Positions 1 through 13,810 of a DNA stretch of 64,000 nt are shown here, in pieces. Numbering within the stretch: position 1 is the stretch's first letter; each line of letters begins with the position of its first letter. Both the position numbers and the translations under genes were made by a program. The stretch covers positions 17,422,001 through 17,486,000 of the forward strand of contig NC_086097.1 of the NCBI RefSeq assembly GCF_963921235.1, given 5' to 3'. The notes under the pieces are model-generated. The model had not been told where the DNA came from, ran no database searches, and saw nothing but the letters and a program-made list of their open reading frames with translations. Source of the DNA: Mobula hypostoma. Taxonomy: Eukaryota.

Positions 1-39
1 CATTCAGTTAATGGCTAAATGTTTATTTCAAGGCTGAAA

Positions 40-960
40 AGTTTAAAGTATATTTATTATCAAAGCCATTCATATACTACACTGAGATTCATTTTCCTGC
101 AGGCATTCACAGTAGAACAAAGAAATACGATAGAATCTCTGATACTTCTTTGAAACCTTTGCAAGTAAATTACCAAGATTGGAGAACAACTCAACCCACC
201 TGAGCTACACACCTTCTGAATTATTTCCAACAATAAAAAAACTACACACAAAGACTGACAAGCAACTAATGTATAAAAGAAGACAAACTATTCAAATGCA
301 ATAATAATAATAATAATAAGTACATAAATAATACTGAGAAATTGACTTGTAATGTCATTGAAAGCAAGTTCATAGATTGTGTTCAGTATTGTGGTGTGTG
401 AAGATGTCCACCCCGGTTCAGAAGCCTAATAGTTGAAGGGTAATAACTGTTCCTGGAAATGGTGGTGTGGGACCTAAGGCACCTATACCTCCTTACCAAT
501 GACAGCAGTGAGAAGAGAACATAGCCTGGATGGTGGGAGTCCTTGATAATGGAAGCTGACTTCTTGTGGCAGAGCTCATTGTAGATGTGCTCAACAGTGG
601 AAAGGGTTTTTTTCCTATGATGTACTAGGATGTATCCACCACCTTTTGTAGGCTTTTCCATTCTTGGGCATCGGTGTTTCCATACCAGGTCATGATGCAA
701 CCAGTCAGGATACTTTCTGTAGAAGTTTGTCAAAGTTTTAGATTATATACCAAATCTGTGCAAACTTCTAAGAAAATAGAGGCATTGTTGTACTGTACCT
801 TCTTTGAAATAACACTTACATGCTGGTCCCAGGAAAGCTCCTCTGATAAAATAACACCAATGGATTTAAAGTTACTGACTCTCTTCAACTCTGATTTCCC
901 AATAAGTTCTGGCTCATGGACCTCCAGCATTTTTCATCTGTACTCAATAATCTTTCGTTT
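40..960 (-). mobile_element. Rex1/Babar-like LINE 3' end
   Basis: IIKDSHHPG..LFSLL..RNSYYPSTIRLLN; upstream LSW..H..KK remnant. Confidence 0.75.
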
Positions 961-2659
961 TGCTGAGATTGTCTACTTGATACCCTTTGGATCTTGCAAT
1001 AATCTTCCATCTCCCAACAGCATGTACTCCCTCCTCCCACAATCCCATATCTGCCTCATCCATCAGCTAGTGGTAGCTATCTAGGTCTCCTCCTGCACTG
1101 ACTTATAAACTACACAATCAGTGAACATTTGGTACTTGCTGCTCATGTTACCCAAAACCTCAACAACAAAGCTATTTGCATAAATACATGGATAAGAAAG
1201 GTTTAGAGAAATGGTTTCCAACCGTTTTTATGCCATGGACCCTTACCATTAACCAAGGCGTCTGTGAACTCCTGGTTTAGAATGGTATATGTCAAACACG
1301 AGCAAATAGGTGTAAACTGGTGGACACCATGGTCAGCATAGATAAGTTGGGCCAAAAGGCCTGTTTTTAAGCTACATAGCTCTGTGACTCTGAAACTCAT
1401 GTCTAAAAGTGACCACTTGCTCTTGATTTGCACACCACAATCATTCATCATATCACCACAATATTTTAGCTCCACGTAATCTGGAGTAAAAATGTTCTAT
1501 ACAGTCAATTTATTGTTGGCACATAAGGTGTAGAATTATTCACTTTAATTTCCATGCTTTAAGAAATCTTTATTGTGCAATAAAACTGTACAGGATACAA
1601 TCTTTTACATTGACACATGCAAGCACACTGCAATTCATAGAACATAGAACAATACAGCACTGGATAGGCCAATCAGCCCACGGTGTTGTGCCTTTCTCAT
1701 TGCCAATTCATTCTGAATGTCTTCCTCCTGTATATCACCCATATCCCTCCATTCCCTTCATGCTTAGGTGTCTCTCTAAAAGCCACTGAAACTCCACCAA
1801 ACTGACTGCATCCACTATCACCCTGGAAACCAATTCCAGGCATCTACTGCTATTGGTGTTAAAAAAAAACTTGCCCCTTACATTGGTTTTAAACTTCCCC
1901 TCTCTAACTGTAAAACCATGTCCTCTTGTGCTTGACTTTTCTACTCTGGGGAAAGGATTCCAACTGGAGTTGGCTGATTTGTGATGCCTGCCTCTATTAT
2001 ATCAACGTGCAAACCGTAATTTTATCTATCAGGGCCTGAACAATACCAAACCCAGTGCAGACTGATGTCAAGGAAGCCTGTGCCATCATCCCAACATTCT
2101 CCTCAATCTATCGCATGTTCAACAAACTTCCAGCTGGAGTGAGGACTAATGGAAGCTGTTTGATATGTTATCTCCATTCCAGAATCAAGGTCATACCAAC
2201 TTTAAGCACTGATGTGCAGTACATAAGTGACACTTGCAACTGTGCATTTTCCAAGTGACAAAAGTGCAAAGTTCAAAGTAAATGTATTATCAAAGTACAT
2301 ATATGTCACCATATACAACTCTGAGATTCTTTTCTCTTGCAGGTATTCTCAACAAATCCATAATAAAATAATAAACATAATAGAATCAATGAAAGACCCC
2401 ACCAGCTTGGATGTTCAATCTGTGTGCAATAGACAACAAAATGCAAAAAGAAAGAAATAATATAATAAATCAATAAGCAATAAATATCAAGGACATGAGA
2501 TGACGAGTCCTTGAAAGTGAGAAAGTGAGCCCGTAGGTTGTGGGAACGTTTCCGTGATGGGGCAAATGAAGTTGAGTGAAGTTATTATCCCCTTTGGTTC
2601 AAGAGCCTGATGATTGCTGCTTTTCTGTGACAATGCTCTGTCTAGATGTGCATGGTGTG

Positions 2660-3266
2660 CAAATCAGAGGATTGAGTTCAAGGGCTGCGAGATAGTAGCT
2701 TGCTGCTCGATAAAACCCTGCTTAGACCGCACTTGAAATATTTGTTCAGTTCTGGTCAACCTTTTAGGAAGTATATAGAAGCTTTAGAGAGGGTGCAGAG
2801 AGATTTATCAGGTTGCTACCTGGTCTAGAAAGCATGTCTTATGAGGAAAGGCTGAACAAGCTATGTGTTTTTCTCATTTTAGGGAAAGAGGGTAGGATGT
2901 GGCTTGATAGAGGTGTATAAGTGATAAGAGGCATAGATTGTGGGAAAACCAGAGACTTTATTTTCCCCAGGGCAGAAACAGCTTATATGAGGGAGCATAA
3001 TTTTAAGGTGATTGGAGGAAAGTTTGGGGGAGATGTCAGAGGTAAGTTTACACAGAAAATGGTGGGTGCGTGGAAGGCAGTGCCGGGGTGGTGGTAAAGG
3101 CAGATACATTAGGGACATTTAAATGACTCTCAGATAGGCACATGGATGACAGAAAAATGAAGAGCTATATGGGACTGAAGGATTAGATTGATCTTAGAGT
3201 AGGTTATAAATCAGCACTATATTGTGGATTGAAGGGCCAGTACTGTGCTGTAATGTGCTATGTTCT
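2660..3266 (+). mobile_element. Old CR1 3' end
   Basis: Degenerate ORF2 C-terminus and 3' UTR. Similar short pieces at 1638-1990(-), 9455-9790(+), 16850-17143(+), 36990-37680(-) and 53811-54070(-). Confidence 0.75.
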
Positions 3267-6200
3267 AAGTTGCTGTCAGTTCATCCACTGAAATATATGA
3301 GAGAGTGTTCTTATACACAACATCCATAAAGCAAAGATGCACTAATAACCTGCTCCTAATATACAACAGCACATCTCTTTCCAAACAGTAATGGATCATG
3401 GTAAGCACTCGGAAAATATTGACCACTTTGCACATGTCAATGAAGGCAGGCATCTGTGATAAAATTTACCAGCACTTTCCACGGGTGCTTCAAAATGGGG
3501 TGCTGCACCACAGATCCAAGTTCACCCCTGACTTCTGCAGCTGTCTCTGTAAGCTTGCTCATTCTCATGCAAACCATGCAGATGTCCTCAGGGTGCTCCA
3601 ATTTGCTCCAACTTTTTCAAAATGTGCAGGTTGGTAGGTTAATTGGCCACTGTCAATTGTCCCTAGTGTGTGAGTGGTGGAATCCGGAGGAGGTAAATGG
3701 ATGTGGGTAGAATAAAATAGGATTTGGGTGGGATGAGTGTAAATGCTCACAGTCAGAGTGAACACAATGGGCTGTATGGCCTGTTTCCATGCTGTATGAC
3801 TCTAGAAAGAACAACTTTGTTCTTTGAGTGTTTGAAAATGAAGATCTCAAACATAGCACAACACTAGTGGTTTACCAGGCAGCAGGGCGACCTACCTTCC
3901 TTACATGCTACTGAGACTTGGACTACCTGCAGCAGGCATCACAAATCACTTGAAAGTCCCATCTCTGAAAAATTCTCCAACTCTACTAGTAGGGTAAGGG
4001 AGATGATATCAACATTCTTTCCAAGGCTGAGATCCCCAGTTTTGTGGGCATTAGTTCAATGGTCAGGTCATCTCATCTGCCTGGCTGATACCTTTACATT
4101 TAATAGAAACTTTACTCTGATCTCTTCATGATAGACAAAGGAAATGACTTGGGGATATTCACCAAGCTTCACTGATAAAATGTAAAAACCTGAGCCGTTC
4201 ATGAGAATCTCAAGCCCATGCATGACCCTTAAAAATGGCATTGAGGGTATAAATTTAATTTGTTGGAAGTATGAGGAGACCCACTATAAATGACAAAAGG
4301 GCAACATAGTTAGTGAAACGCTTTATAGCATGCCAGTGTAAGACTGGGATTCGATTCACTGCTCTCTGTAAAGAGTTTCTACAATCTTCCCATGACCATG
4401 TGGGTTTCCTCTGGGTACTCTTGTTTTCTCCCACTTCCAAAGACATACCGGCTAATGTTAGTGAGTTATGGGCATGCTCTTTCTCTCCCTTGATGCTGTC
4501 AGAGGATAGTGTTGGAGCAAGGTTTAATCAACACGGTTTATGGATTGGACTCTAATTCATGTATGATGTGTTACTAGTTTTTCTGGTCACTTTTTTTTTT
4601 GTTGCTATCTTTGGGTGATTTTGAATCAGGGCAGCCTGCAGACAACAAACACTGAGCTGAACTGAAATATACCTTTTGATTTTGTGTTTTATATTCTGCA
4701 TTTTTCACTTGATTTTGTTTTGTTGCTGTTTGCATGATTTGTTTTTTTTTGCTTGTGGGGGAGTCGATGTTTTTCTTTGAATGGGTTCCATGGTTCTTCT
4801 TTGTTTCATGGCTGTATGTGGGGAAGACAAATCTCAGAGCTGGATACCACATACATACTTTGATAATAAAAGTACTTTGAATTCTTCGAATATCACCACA
4901 ATATCTGTAATCTACCTATTCCTGTTAGACGCAACACCTTTATTGTTTCTTGGTGAAACTGTACAGGTTCATAGAGAACCCACACCTGGACTATTTGTCT
5001 ATGTAGCACATGCTTTTTGTAAGGATCACACTTGCTTCTCGTCACATGCCAGACTTTAGACTTCAGACATCACACTTTAGCCAGCACATAAGTCTCATGG
5101 AACCCAAAAGCACTGGTAAAAATCCCAGAACACCATGTAACAAAAATGGAATTTGACTTATTCATTCAATTTAAATTAGTGCCTCTGATAATAATAAGCA
5201 GCATTACTGGGCATAACACTCCTATTGTTATAAAATTGCATATCCCGCCAATCACTGTGAGTAACACCATGTGAGATTGAGATTGAATTGTTTCATTTGG
5301 CAACTAGGCAGAGATTATTTGCTCTCCAGTTTTGATGAAGTGAACAAAGTAGTGGATCGTTCCATGGCCTTTTGGTATATTTTGTTCAAAGGACCGCTCC
5401 ATTTTACAGACCCAAAAATATTCTACTACAATTTTCTTTATTTTTCTTGTACAGATATCTGGTAGATTTGGCTTTTCTTCTGGCAAATTTATCAGATCAC
5501 ATCACAGGTGCTTTAAACTTCAACATTGAAGACATTTCTTTAAGGAATTCTTCCGTAATGTACATTCTTTCTCTAAATTAATGCATCTTCTGTGCTTTTC
5601 ATTTCCAAAAGCTTACAGCAAACAAGAAGTATTGATGTGTTCTTTCTTCATGTTGTTTAAAGTTTTAAACCTTCTGAAGTAGATTCACTGCTGAAGCTGG
5701 GAAAATTCCAGTCTTTAGCAAAGTTAGCCATTGAACAGCAAACCATTCCAAAAAAAAGACTTGATGTCTATGTTTCTCAGCTGGAATCTGTCCAGATACC
5801 CATTAGCCAACCTAGAAACAAATAATAAACTTACCCATGAGATTTCAAAAGCTGACAGAGTTACTGCTCAGGCTCGGCATATAGGCTTGATGACATGCAA
5901 ATTAAAGGGTTCTACCAGTCTACTGGTCAAAATGGAATGAGGCAAACTGAATATGCGGCGTAAATCAGAATTACATCCATTCCCAAATATCACTGTAAAT
6001 CTGAGTGGAAGTAGCAGCTGAAAAAAGATGCATTTCTACCCAATCTGGTGCACCTCCGTAAATGATGGCTAACGATGCCAAAAACTGTCCTAAAGTAATT
6101 TCATCGCAATTATGCTCAACTTTAAGTACACTTAGGTAGATCAATTGCCTACAGATCAGGAAACAGTCGAGTTAAAAGAATATCATTCAACTTTATCTGA

Positions 6201-6379
6201 GGGACTGGATGTAACCTTAACAAGATCAGCCTTTTGGGAAACTTAGTTTTACTTTAAATTGAAGGTAGCAGGGAGTGATGTTGGTTATTGTGTAAAACTG
6301 AGTCTGACCTGTTGAGTTAACAAAAGCACTTAGATACCTTTTTTCTCAGATATGTAACTGAGGATTCTCCAAACTACTT

Positions 6380-7500
6380 TTTTTTGTTTATTTCATCCTG
6401 GGCATTCTCCATCTTCTCTCAGGAAACATAGGCCACAGTCCACAATCAGTCTGTGTGGGCAAAAATGTCTCTAGTCCCATTACACTGAGCACTGGCGCTC
6501 TCCAAGTCTGTGTGCTCAGCCCACTGCTGATCCATAACTGTGTCGCAGGATTCAGCTCAAAACAGTGTCATCAAGTTTGCGGATGACACAACAGTGGTTG
6601 GCCTCATTAAGAATGACGATGAGACAGAGTACAGAGAGGAAGTAGAGTGGCTGATAGATTAGAGTGAGAAGAACAGCCCAAGTCTGAACGAGGAGAAGAC
6701 AAAGGAAATCGTTATGGGCTTCAGGAAGGTGCAGACAAATCATCCCCCCTGCGAATACATGGCTCCTCCATAGAGAGAGAGTTAAGTGCACCAAGTTCCT
6801 GGGAGTTCACAACATGAATGACCTCACCTGGTCTCTTAATATCATCTCCCTGAGCAAGAAGCACAGCAGTGCCTTCACTTCCTAAGAAGACTGAGGCAAG
6901 CAAGGCCCCAACCCATCATAACTATGTTTTACAAGAGCACCATTGAGAGCATCCTGACAAGTTGCATCTCCATCTGGTATGGGAGCAGTCGAGCATCGGA
7001 CCAGAAGTTCCTACAAAGGACTGTGAGAACAGCTGAGAGGGTCGTAGGGGTCCCCCCACCATCCATCAGGGACATTTATCAGGAGCACTGTGTATGCAGG
7101 GCCCTTAGTATTATTAAGGATCCTGCCCATCCATCCAGCATCCTCTTTGACATTCTACCATGAGGCAGGAGACTCCAATGCATAAAGACAAGACCAGTCA
7201 AGAGGAAACCGTTTCTTCCCTTAAGCCATCAAGGAGGCTTCTGAACTCCCTCCTTCATTGTATTCAAATGGTCACTGGTTAATCTGTTCCATGCCTTACA
7301 ATATTTAACATTAATACACTTTAGTTTGTTATTCATCTGTAGATTTTATCCTTACCTTCATAAGTTATCGTGTGTTATGTGTGTAATGTGTAATACTGTG
7401 ATTTTACCCTGGTTTGGATAAACATTGTCTCATTTCAATGTACATTATATGGTTATATACATTATATACATGTATATAGTTAAACGACAATAAACTTGAC
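6380..7500 (+). mobile_element. Rex1/Babar-like LINE 3' end
   Basis: KFADDTTVVGLI and FYKSTIESILTSCISIWYG; AATAAA-CTTGA tail. Confidence 0.82.
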
Positions 7501-7686
7501 CACTCCTCACCCTCAGAGTCACAACTGGCCTGCTGAAAATATCCATGTATTGAAGGCCATGCAGAAACAGAAGAAATGGATTTGTGAAAGGCAGCAGGAT
7601 AAGACTAATTGGGCCACCAGCATTCCCTCAATTTTGGCTGCTCAAAGGAACCACAGTGTAATGAAGGAGATTAGAAAGAATTACAT

Positions 7687-8159
7687 AGAAACATAGAAAA
7701 TAGGTGCAGGAGTAGGCCATTCGGCCCTTCGAGCCTGCACCGCCATTTATTATGATCATGGCTGATCATCCAACTCAGAACCCAGCCTTCCCTCCATACC
7801 CCCTGACCCCTGTAGCCACAAGGGCCATATCTAACTCCCTCTTAAACATAGCCAATGAACTGGCCTCAACAGTTTGCTGTGGCAGAGAATTCCACAGATT
7901 CACCACTCTCTGTGTGAAGAAGTTTTTCCTAATCTCGGTCCTAAAAGGCTTCCCCTCTATCCTCAAACTGTGACCCCTCGTTCTGGACCTCCCCAACATC
8001 GGGAACAATCTTCCCGCATCTAGCCTGTCCAATCCCTTTAGGATCTTATACGTTTCAATCAGATCCCCCCTCAATCTTCTAAATTCCAACGAGTACAAGC
8101 CCAGTTCATCCAGTCTTTCTTCATATGAAAGACCTGCCATCCCAGGAATCAATCTGGTG
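7687..8159 (-). mobile_element. Young CR1 LINE 3' end
   Basis: Intact ORF2 C-terminus (LSYEERL..LGLYSLEFRRLRGDLIE..RTRGH..FFTQRVVNLWNSLP); (TTTCTATG)n tail; TSD AATTACAT (7679-7686/8184-8191). Confidence 0.93.
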
Positions 8160-8185
8160 AACCCTAACCCTAACCCTAACCCTAA
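8160..8185 (-). repeat. Interstitial telomeric repeat (TTAGGG)4
   Basis: aaccctaaccctaaccctaaccctaa abutting the CR1 5' truncation point. Confidence 0.92.
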
Positions 8186-11100
8186 TTACATGTCTTATTC
8201 CAATCAGAACTTGGGTCGAACCCGAAGTTATCCTTCTCCCACACCCTTAGAAAATATCTCAAAAATTTTCCCTGCACCAGGAAATAAATAACTGGCACAA
8301 GAAAAAGGAAGGATGACCAAAAATCTTGATCAAGGCCTTTAGCACAATTTTATTTTTCAGTAGTTTCAACAAAGTAAGGCCAACGCATGAAAAGGAAAAG
8401 AAAACATTGCTGAAATTTCTGATGATGAAATTTAAATACTAATCTGCCTCCAATTTGTTTGCCCATTTCTTAATACATGGATTAGTTTACTTACTATTAC
8501 ATTGATTAATGTCTATTTGAGTCATGGATGCACAATGATAATGTCATCCATTATAACCTTTATCCTGTTGATGTGAAATTAGAGTTGCTGTAATATCTGA
8601 TGTTTGCAAATGCTCAGTCTACATTTCAACTACTGAACATGGATGCTTAGTTACGAATTTCATTCTATTTGAGGTTGAATACTCTTTTGTGTCCTGGTCA
8701 TGGAAGAATGAAGGATGGAAGAGGGAATACAAAACTTGTTCAGACAGGAAATGCTGAATGAACTTCCAATTACTTTAACCATCTGAAACAATTACTCCTT
8801 TGAATGAGCCTCACTGAGAGCAGAACTGCAGGACTGAGACTTAATATAAATTGAAGCTTGCTTGCAGAATTTGTTTATTAGTTTCTCACCTATGATGCAG
8901 TTACTGGTTAGATTTTAAAAAATCAGCTTTTACATTTTTTGGTAATTTTTCTGAATAAACTAATTTAATTTTGCTACTAGCCAAATTAAAATGAAAGACT
9001 TGGAAAAAATATCATTCAACTTTTCTTTCTAATTTCACTGGTTATCCTAAACTTTTGCACACTGTACAAAAGTTTATCTTATAGAAAAGATAGAAAGAAT
9101 ATTCCAAAATAATTCCAGGAAGTAAGTAGTGAACTAGAATATGGCATATACTAATGGGCTGAACCAAACTTAAACTGTACTGGTGCCCGTATTCATTTAT
9201 GCTTTTCCTGTGTCTGCACTAACCTCTTACGGCTGCAGACCTTCGGATAAAGAGGCTCTGCCCCCAAGCCACCTATTGGCCTTCAGGAAACTCTCCATTG
9301 CCAAAGGCCTTTTAATCCAAATGAAATGACTCTTATTAGCAGGTCCATTTATCAGTTCAGATAAATTGAAATAAAAGAAAATAACATATAAAAATAACAG
9401 GTTTGCTTAAAATTGCATTGCATTACTAGAAATAAAATAAATCAAAAGAAAACAAGGTGTAAAGATTGTTATAAGGGGTATATATAGGGTTAACACAAGA
9501 AGGCTTTTTCCCCACTGAAGTTGGGTGAAACTAAAACTAGAGTTCAAAGGTTAAGGGTGAAAGGGGGAACCTGAGGGGGAATGTCTACACCCAGAGGGTG
9601 ATGAGAGTATGGAACTAGCTGCCAGAGAAAGTGGTGGATGAGGGCTCAATTTCAACATAAGAGAAGTGTGGGTAAGTATGTGGTCAGGAGGGGTATGGAA
9701 ATCCATGTGCAGATCAATGGGACTAGGCAGAATAACAATTTGGCACAGACTAGATGGGCTGAAGGGCCAGTTTCTGTGCTGTAGCACTCCCTGATTTGAT
9801 GGCTTTGTAAATCAAAGAACAAATCTACAATCTTTTTAATTAAGGTTAAAAGCCCTATTTAAATAAATGAGCCTGTACTATTTTAGCAGCCACAACTGAT
9901 AACAAGCTGAGGATTAGAATGAAATGCATTTAGAAACTTCACCTCAGTTAAGGCTATTTGCATTTTGCCATTGCTCTTGGATGAGTCCAACAGTGGATTC
10001 ATCAGAGTAAAAATAAAAGAGTTAATCAAAATTCACCGACGTTCTTTCAGTTCTTTCAATTATTTCTATAGTTAAATATTTTTTAAAAAGACACTTACCT
10101 TTGTCTCCTAAACATTATGTCTGGAATCCCCATGGAAATCAGTGAGATGTTTATGGAACAGGACTTGGGAGGTAGTTACATAATATGTTGTTAGGAATCT
10201 CAGCAAGACTGGCCCCTTGTGGGGCTCTACTTACTCAAGCTGCAATGGCTTACAGGCAGTGGTTCACACCAAAAGCATCTGCTGCACCCAGCAAGCATCA
10301 TTCTATCACCTTCGACAACGAAACACTCCTTTTAGAGCTGTACAGAAGGTCAGCCTGGATTTAGTGTTAAATTCCTGTATCTACAGTTTTCTCATGTGGA
10401 AGCAAAAGCACTACAGGTTGAGCTAAGATGATATTTAATTTACCTGATGTAAAAAATTGCCAGGTAAAGATTATGATTCAGCAACAGCCAACCTTAGTTA
10501 TCATTGCAGTGTCAAAAGGAGAGTCACTGAAGCCGATGAATTGATTATTTACAGGTGTTTAGTTCATTCAAGTCATTCATTATTACTTTGTGATTTTTGC
10601 AGGTTATATCTGATTACATAAACAGCACATTTAGCAAAGTTAATATGTTTATCAGTTTATGATGAAAATGAGCAGAGTTGCATTTTTGGAGTTCAGGATT
10701 TCATATCCCATTGGCAGAATTGGAAAAAAAACAACAGAACCTGGAACCTAGCCTGGAAAAAAAAGACTTGGAAAACAATTTTATTTCAGAATTAAGTTAT
10801 TGCACCAAACTGGAAAAACATTAGAAACAAGTAAGTTTACCTTTTAAAAGCCTGACAAAATATACTTATTCTTTGCACTTTATGTTCTCTTCTTCCACTA
10901 TGAGACTTTTCCTTAAAAATGCACACATAATCTGTCATCATTTCTATTCCCCATAGCTATAAATCTTCTAACATGCCTCAGACCTGTACCTGGCTGCTGA
11001 GTCTGTCCCATGTGCTCACTTGTCAGAGACACCTGACCACCTAACGGCAACTGCACAAAAGGTGAGTTCCAACATAGAATGAGAAGAGGGTGGAAATATC

Positions 11101-12722
11101 ATTTAATGTAAATCCCAGAAACTTTGATGAGTACCACCAAGTAATAAATCATGAGCTTCCACATGAAACACTAGTTGGGAGGTTTTGACCGATACTTCCT
11201 TCTATAGTCTAATGGAAAATGAGAAATCCCTTCTAATATCAGGGGACTGCAAACCACATCTTCCATCTCATTGGTGAAGAGTATTCACCACATCCTAGCA
11301 AATTACTGCGGAACGTGCCATGCATTTGAAACTACCCTGTACAATATTATTGTGGAAATGCTTGCACAGGACTGAGTTACTTTCTGAGTTCAGAATTGAA
11401 TCCTTCCACATCAGAAAACATTCTAGCATGGAATCCTGGGAGGACGACCAGCGATGAATAATCTTGCTGCAATGCACTGCATTTACAATTTCGATAATAA
11501 TGGTTACAAACACTGGCCATGTGTCTCCCTGGAATACGTAAAGAAAATCTGCAAAAGTTCATCACCGATATAAACAGTTTTCGTAGCCCTGGAGCAGAAA
11601 GTCACTGGCTGGTAGTTGAGAGCAGATCACCTGTCTGCCCATTTGGTTGGTATTAGCATATGTCCCAGGAGACACGGAAAAGAGAAATTAAAATAATTGT
11701 AAACAACAATAGCAAAGAGCATTTCTAGATATCAGGCAAAATAACTGCAATTCTGAGGTCTGACAAAGAAGAATATTGTGCGGCATGATCTCAAACTTAT
11801 GAGATATCTCAGATCAAAATCTGTTATTTTAATATATATAGAACCAAATCATCAGCAATCCAATGAACCCAATTAGTGGGGCACCATGGTAGTGTAATGG
11901 TTAGTGCAATACTATTACAGCTCAGGGCATCAGTGTTCCAAGTTCAGATCTGGCATTGTCTGTAAGAGTTTGTATGTTCTCCCTGTGACCACGTGGGTTT
12001 CCTCTGGGTGCTCTGGTTTCCTCTCACAGTCCTAAGATGTACCGGTTAGTAGGTTAATTGATCAATGTAAGTTGTCCTGTGATTAGCCCAGGGTTATACA
12101 GTGGCATGCAAAAGTTTGGGCACCCCTGGCCAAAATTTCTGTTACTGCTAAGCGAGTAAAAGATGAACTGATTTCCAAAAGGCATAAAGTTAAAGATGAC
12201 ACATTTCTTTAATATTTTAAGCAAGATTACTTTTTTTATTTCCATCTTTTACAGTTTCAAAATAACAAAAAAGGAAAAGGGCTTAAAGCAAAAGTTTGGG
12301 CACCCTGCATGGCAGTACTTAATAACACCCCCTTTGGCAAGTATCACAGCTTGTAAATGCTTTTTGTAGCCAGCTAAGAGTCTTCCAATTCTTGTTTGGG
12401 GGATTTTCGCCCAATTGTCCTTGCAAAAGGCTTCTAGTTCTGTGAGATTCTTGGGCCGCCTTGCATGCACAGCTCTTTTGAGGTCTATCCACAGATTCTC
12501 GATGATGTTTATGTTGGGGGACTGTGAGGACCTTCAGCTTGCGCCTCTTGAGGTAGTCTATTGTGGATTTTGAGGTGTGCTTAGAATCATTATCCTGTTG
12601 TAGAAGCCATCCTCTTTTCATCTTCAAACAACAGGAATTCTGCAGATGCTGGAAATTCAAGCAACACACATCAAAGTTGCTGGTGAACGCAGCAGGCCAA
12701 GCAGCATCTATAGGAAGAGGCG

Positions 12723-12760
12723 CAGTCGACGTTTCAGGCCGAGACCCTTCGTCAGAACTA
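12723..12760 (-). ncRNA. Minimal hammerhead ribozyme motif
   Basis: Inverted copy of 14617-14654; stem I closes with a U-G wobble. Confidence 0.78.
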
Positions 12761-13057
12761 ACTGAAGGAAGAGTGAGTAAGGGATTTGAAAGCTGGAGGG
12801 GGAGGGGGAGATGCAAAATGATAGGAGAAGACAGGAGGGGGAGGGATGGAGCCGAGAGCTGGACAGGTGATAGGCAGAAGGGGATACGAGAGGATCATGG
12901 GACAGGAGGTCCGGGAAGAAAGACGGGGGGGGGGGGGGTGACCCAGAGGATGGGCAAGAGGTATATTCAGAGGGACAGAGGGAGAAAAAGGAGAGTGAGA
13001 GAAAGAATGTGTGCATAAAAAAGAGTAACAGATGGGGTACGAGGGGGAGGTGGGGCC

Positions 13058-13810
13058 TTAGCGGAAGTTAGAGAAGTCGATGTTCATGCCATCAGGTTGG
13101 AGGCTACCCATACGGAATATAAGGTGTTGTTCCTCCAACCTGAGTGTGGCTTCATCTTTACAGTAGAGGAGGCCGTGGATAGACATGTCAGAATGGGAAT
13201 GGGATGTGGAATTAAAATGTGTGGCCACTGGGAGATCCTGCTTTCTCTGGCGGACAGAGCGTAGATGTTCAGCAAAGCGGTCTCCCAGTCTGCGTCGGGT
13301 CTCACCAATATATAAAAGGCCACATCGGGAGCACCGGACGCAGTATATCACCCCAGTCGACTCACAGGTGAAGTGATGCCTCACCTGGAAGGACTGTTTG
13401 GGGCCCTGAATGGTGGTAAGGGAGGAAGTGTAAGGGCATGTGTAGCACTTGTTCTGCTTACACGGATAAGTGCCAGGAGGGAGATCAGTGGGGAGGGATG
13501 GGGGGGACGAATGGACAAGGGAGTTGTGTAGGGAGCGATCCCTGCGGAATGCAGAGAGAGAGGGGGAGGGAAAGATGTGCTTAGTGGTGGGATCCCGTTG
13601 GAGGTGGCGGAAGTTACGGAGAATAATATGTTGGACCCGGAGGCTGGTGGGGTGGTAGGTGAGGACCAGGGGAACCCTATTCATAGTGGGGTGGTGGGAG
13701 GATGGAGTGAGAGCAGATGTACGTGAAATGGGGGAGATGCGTTTAAGAGCAGAGTTGATAGTGGAGGAAGGGAAGCCCCTTTCTTTAAAAAATGAAGACA
13801 TCTCCCTCAT
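13058..13810 (-). CDS. Penelope ORF C-terminal part: linker, Cys motif and GIY-YIG endonuclease (fragment)
   Basis: CKQNKCYTC linker motif; VIYCVRCSRCGLLYIGET...RFAEH...LEEQHLI...GMN. Confidence 0.88.
   Translation of the reverse strand: MREMSSFFKERGFPSSTINSALKRISPISRTSALTPSSHHPTMNRVPLVLTYHPTSLRVQHIILRNFRHLQRDPTTKHIFPSPSLSAFRRDRSLHNSLVHSSPPSLPTDLPPGTYPCKQNKCYTCPYTSSLTTIQGPKQSFQVRHHFTCESTGVIYCVRCSRCGLLYIGETRRRLGDRFAEHLRSVRQRKQDLPVATHFNSTSHSHSDMSIHGLLYCKDEATLRLEEQHLIFRMGSLQPDGMNIDFSNFR

Noticed and set aside
11878..11960. tRNA gene
   Set aside because: Degenerate tRNA-derived SINE head with no complete cloverleaf.
12319..13018. ORFs of 100-165 aa overlapping the Penelope 3' UTR, also near 14311-14752, 55588-56538 and 59318-59717
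   Set aside because: Chance frames in the repeat UTR; the 165-aa ORF is a chimera across the Penelope/Tc1 junction.
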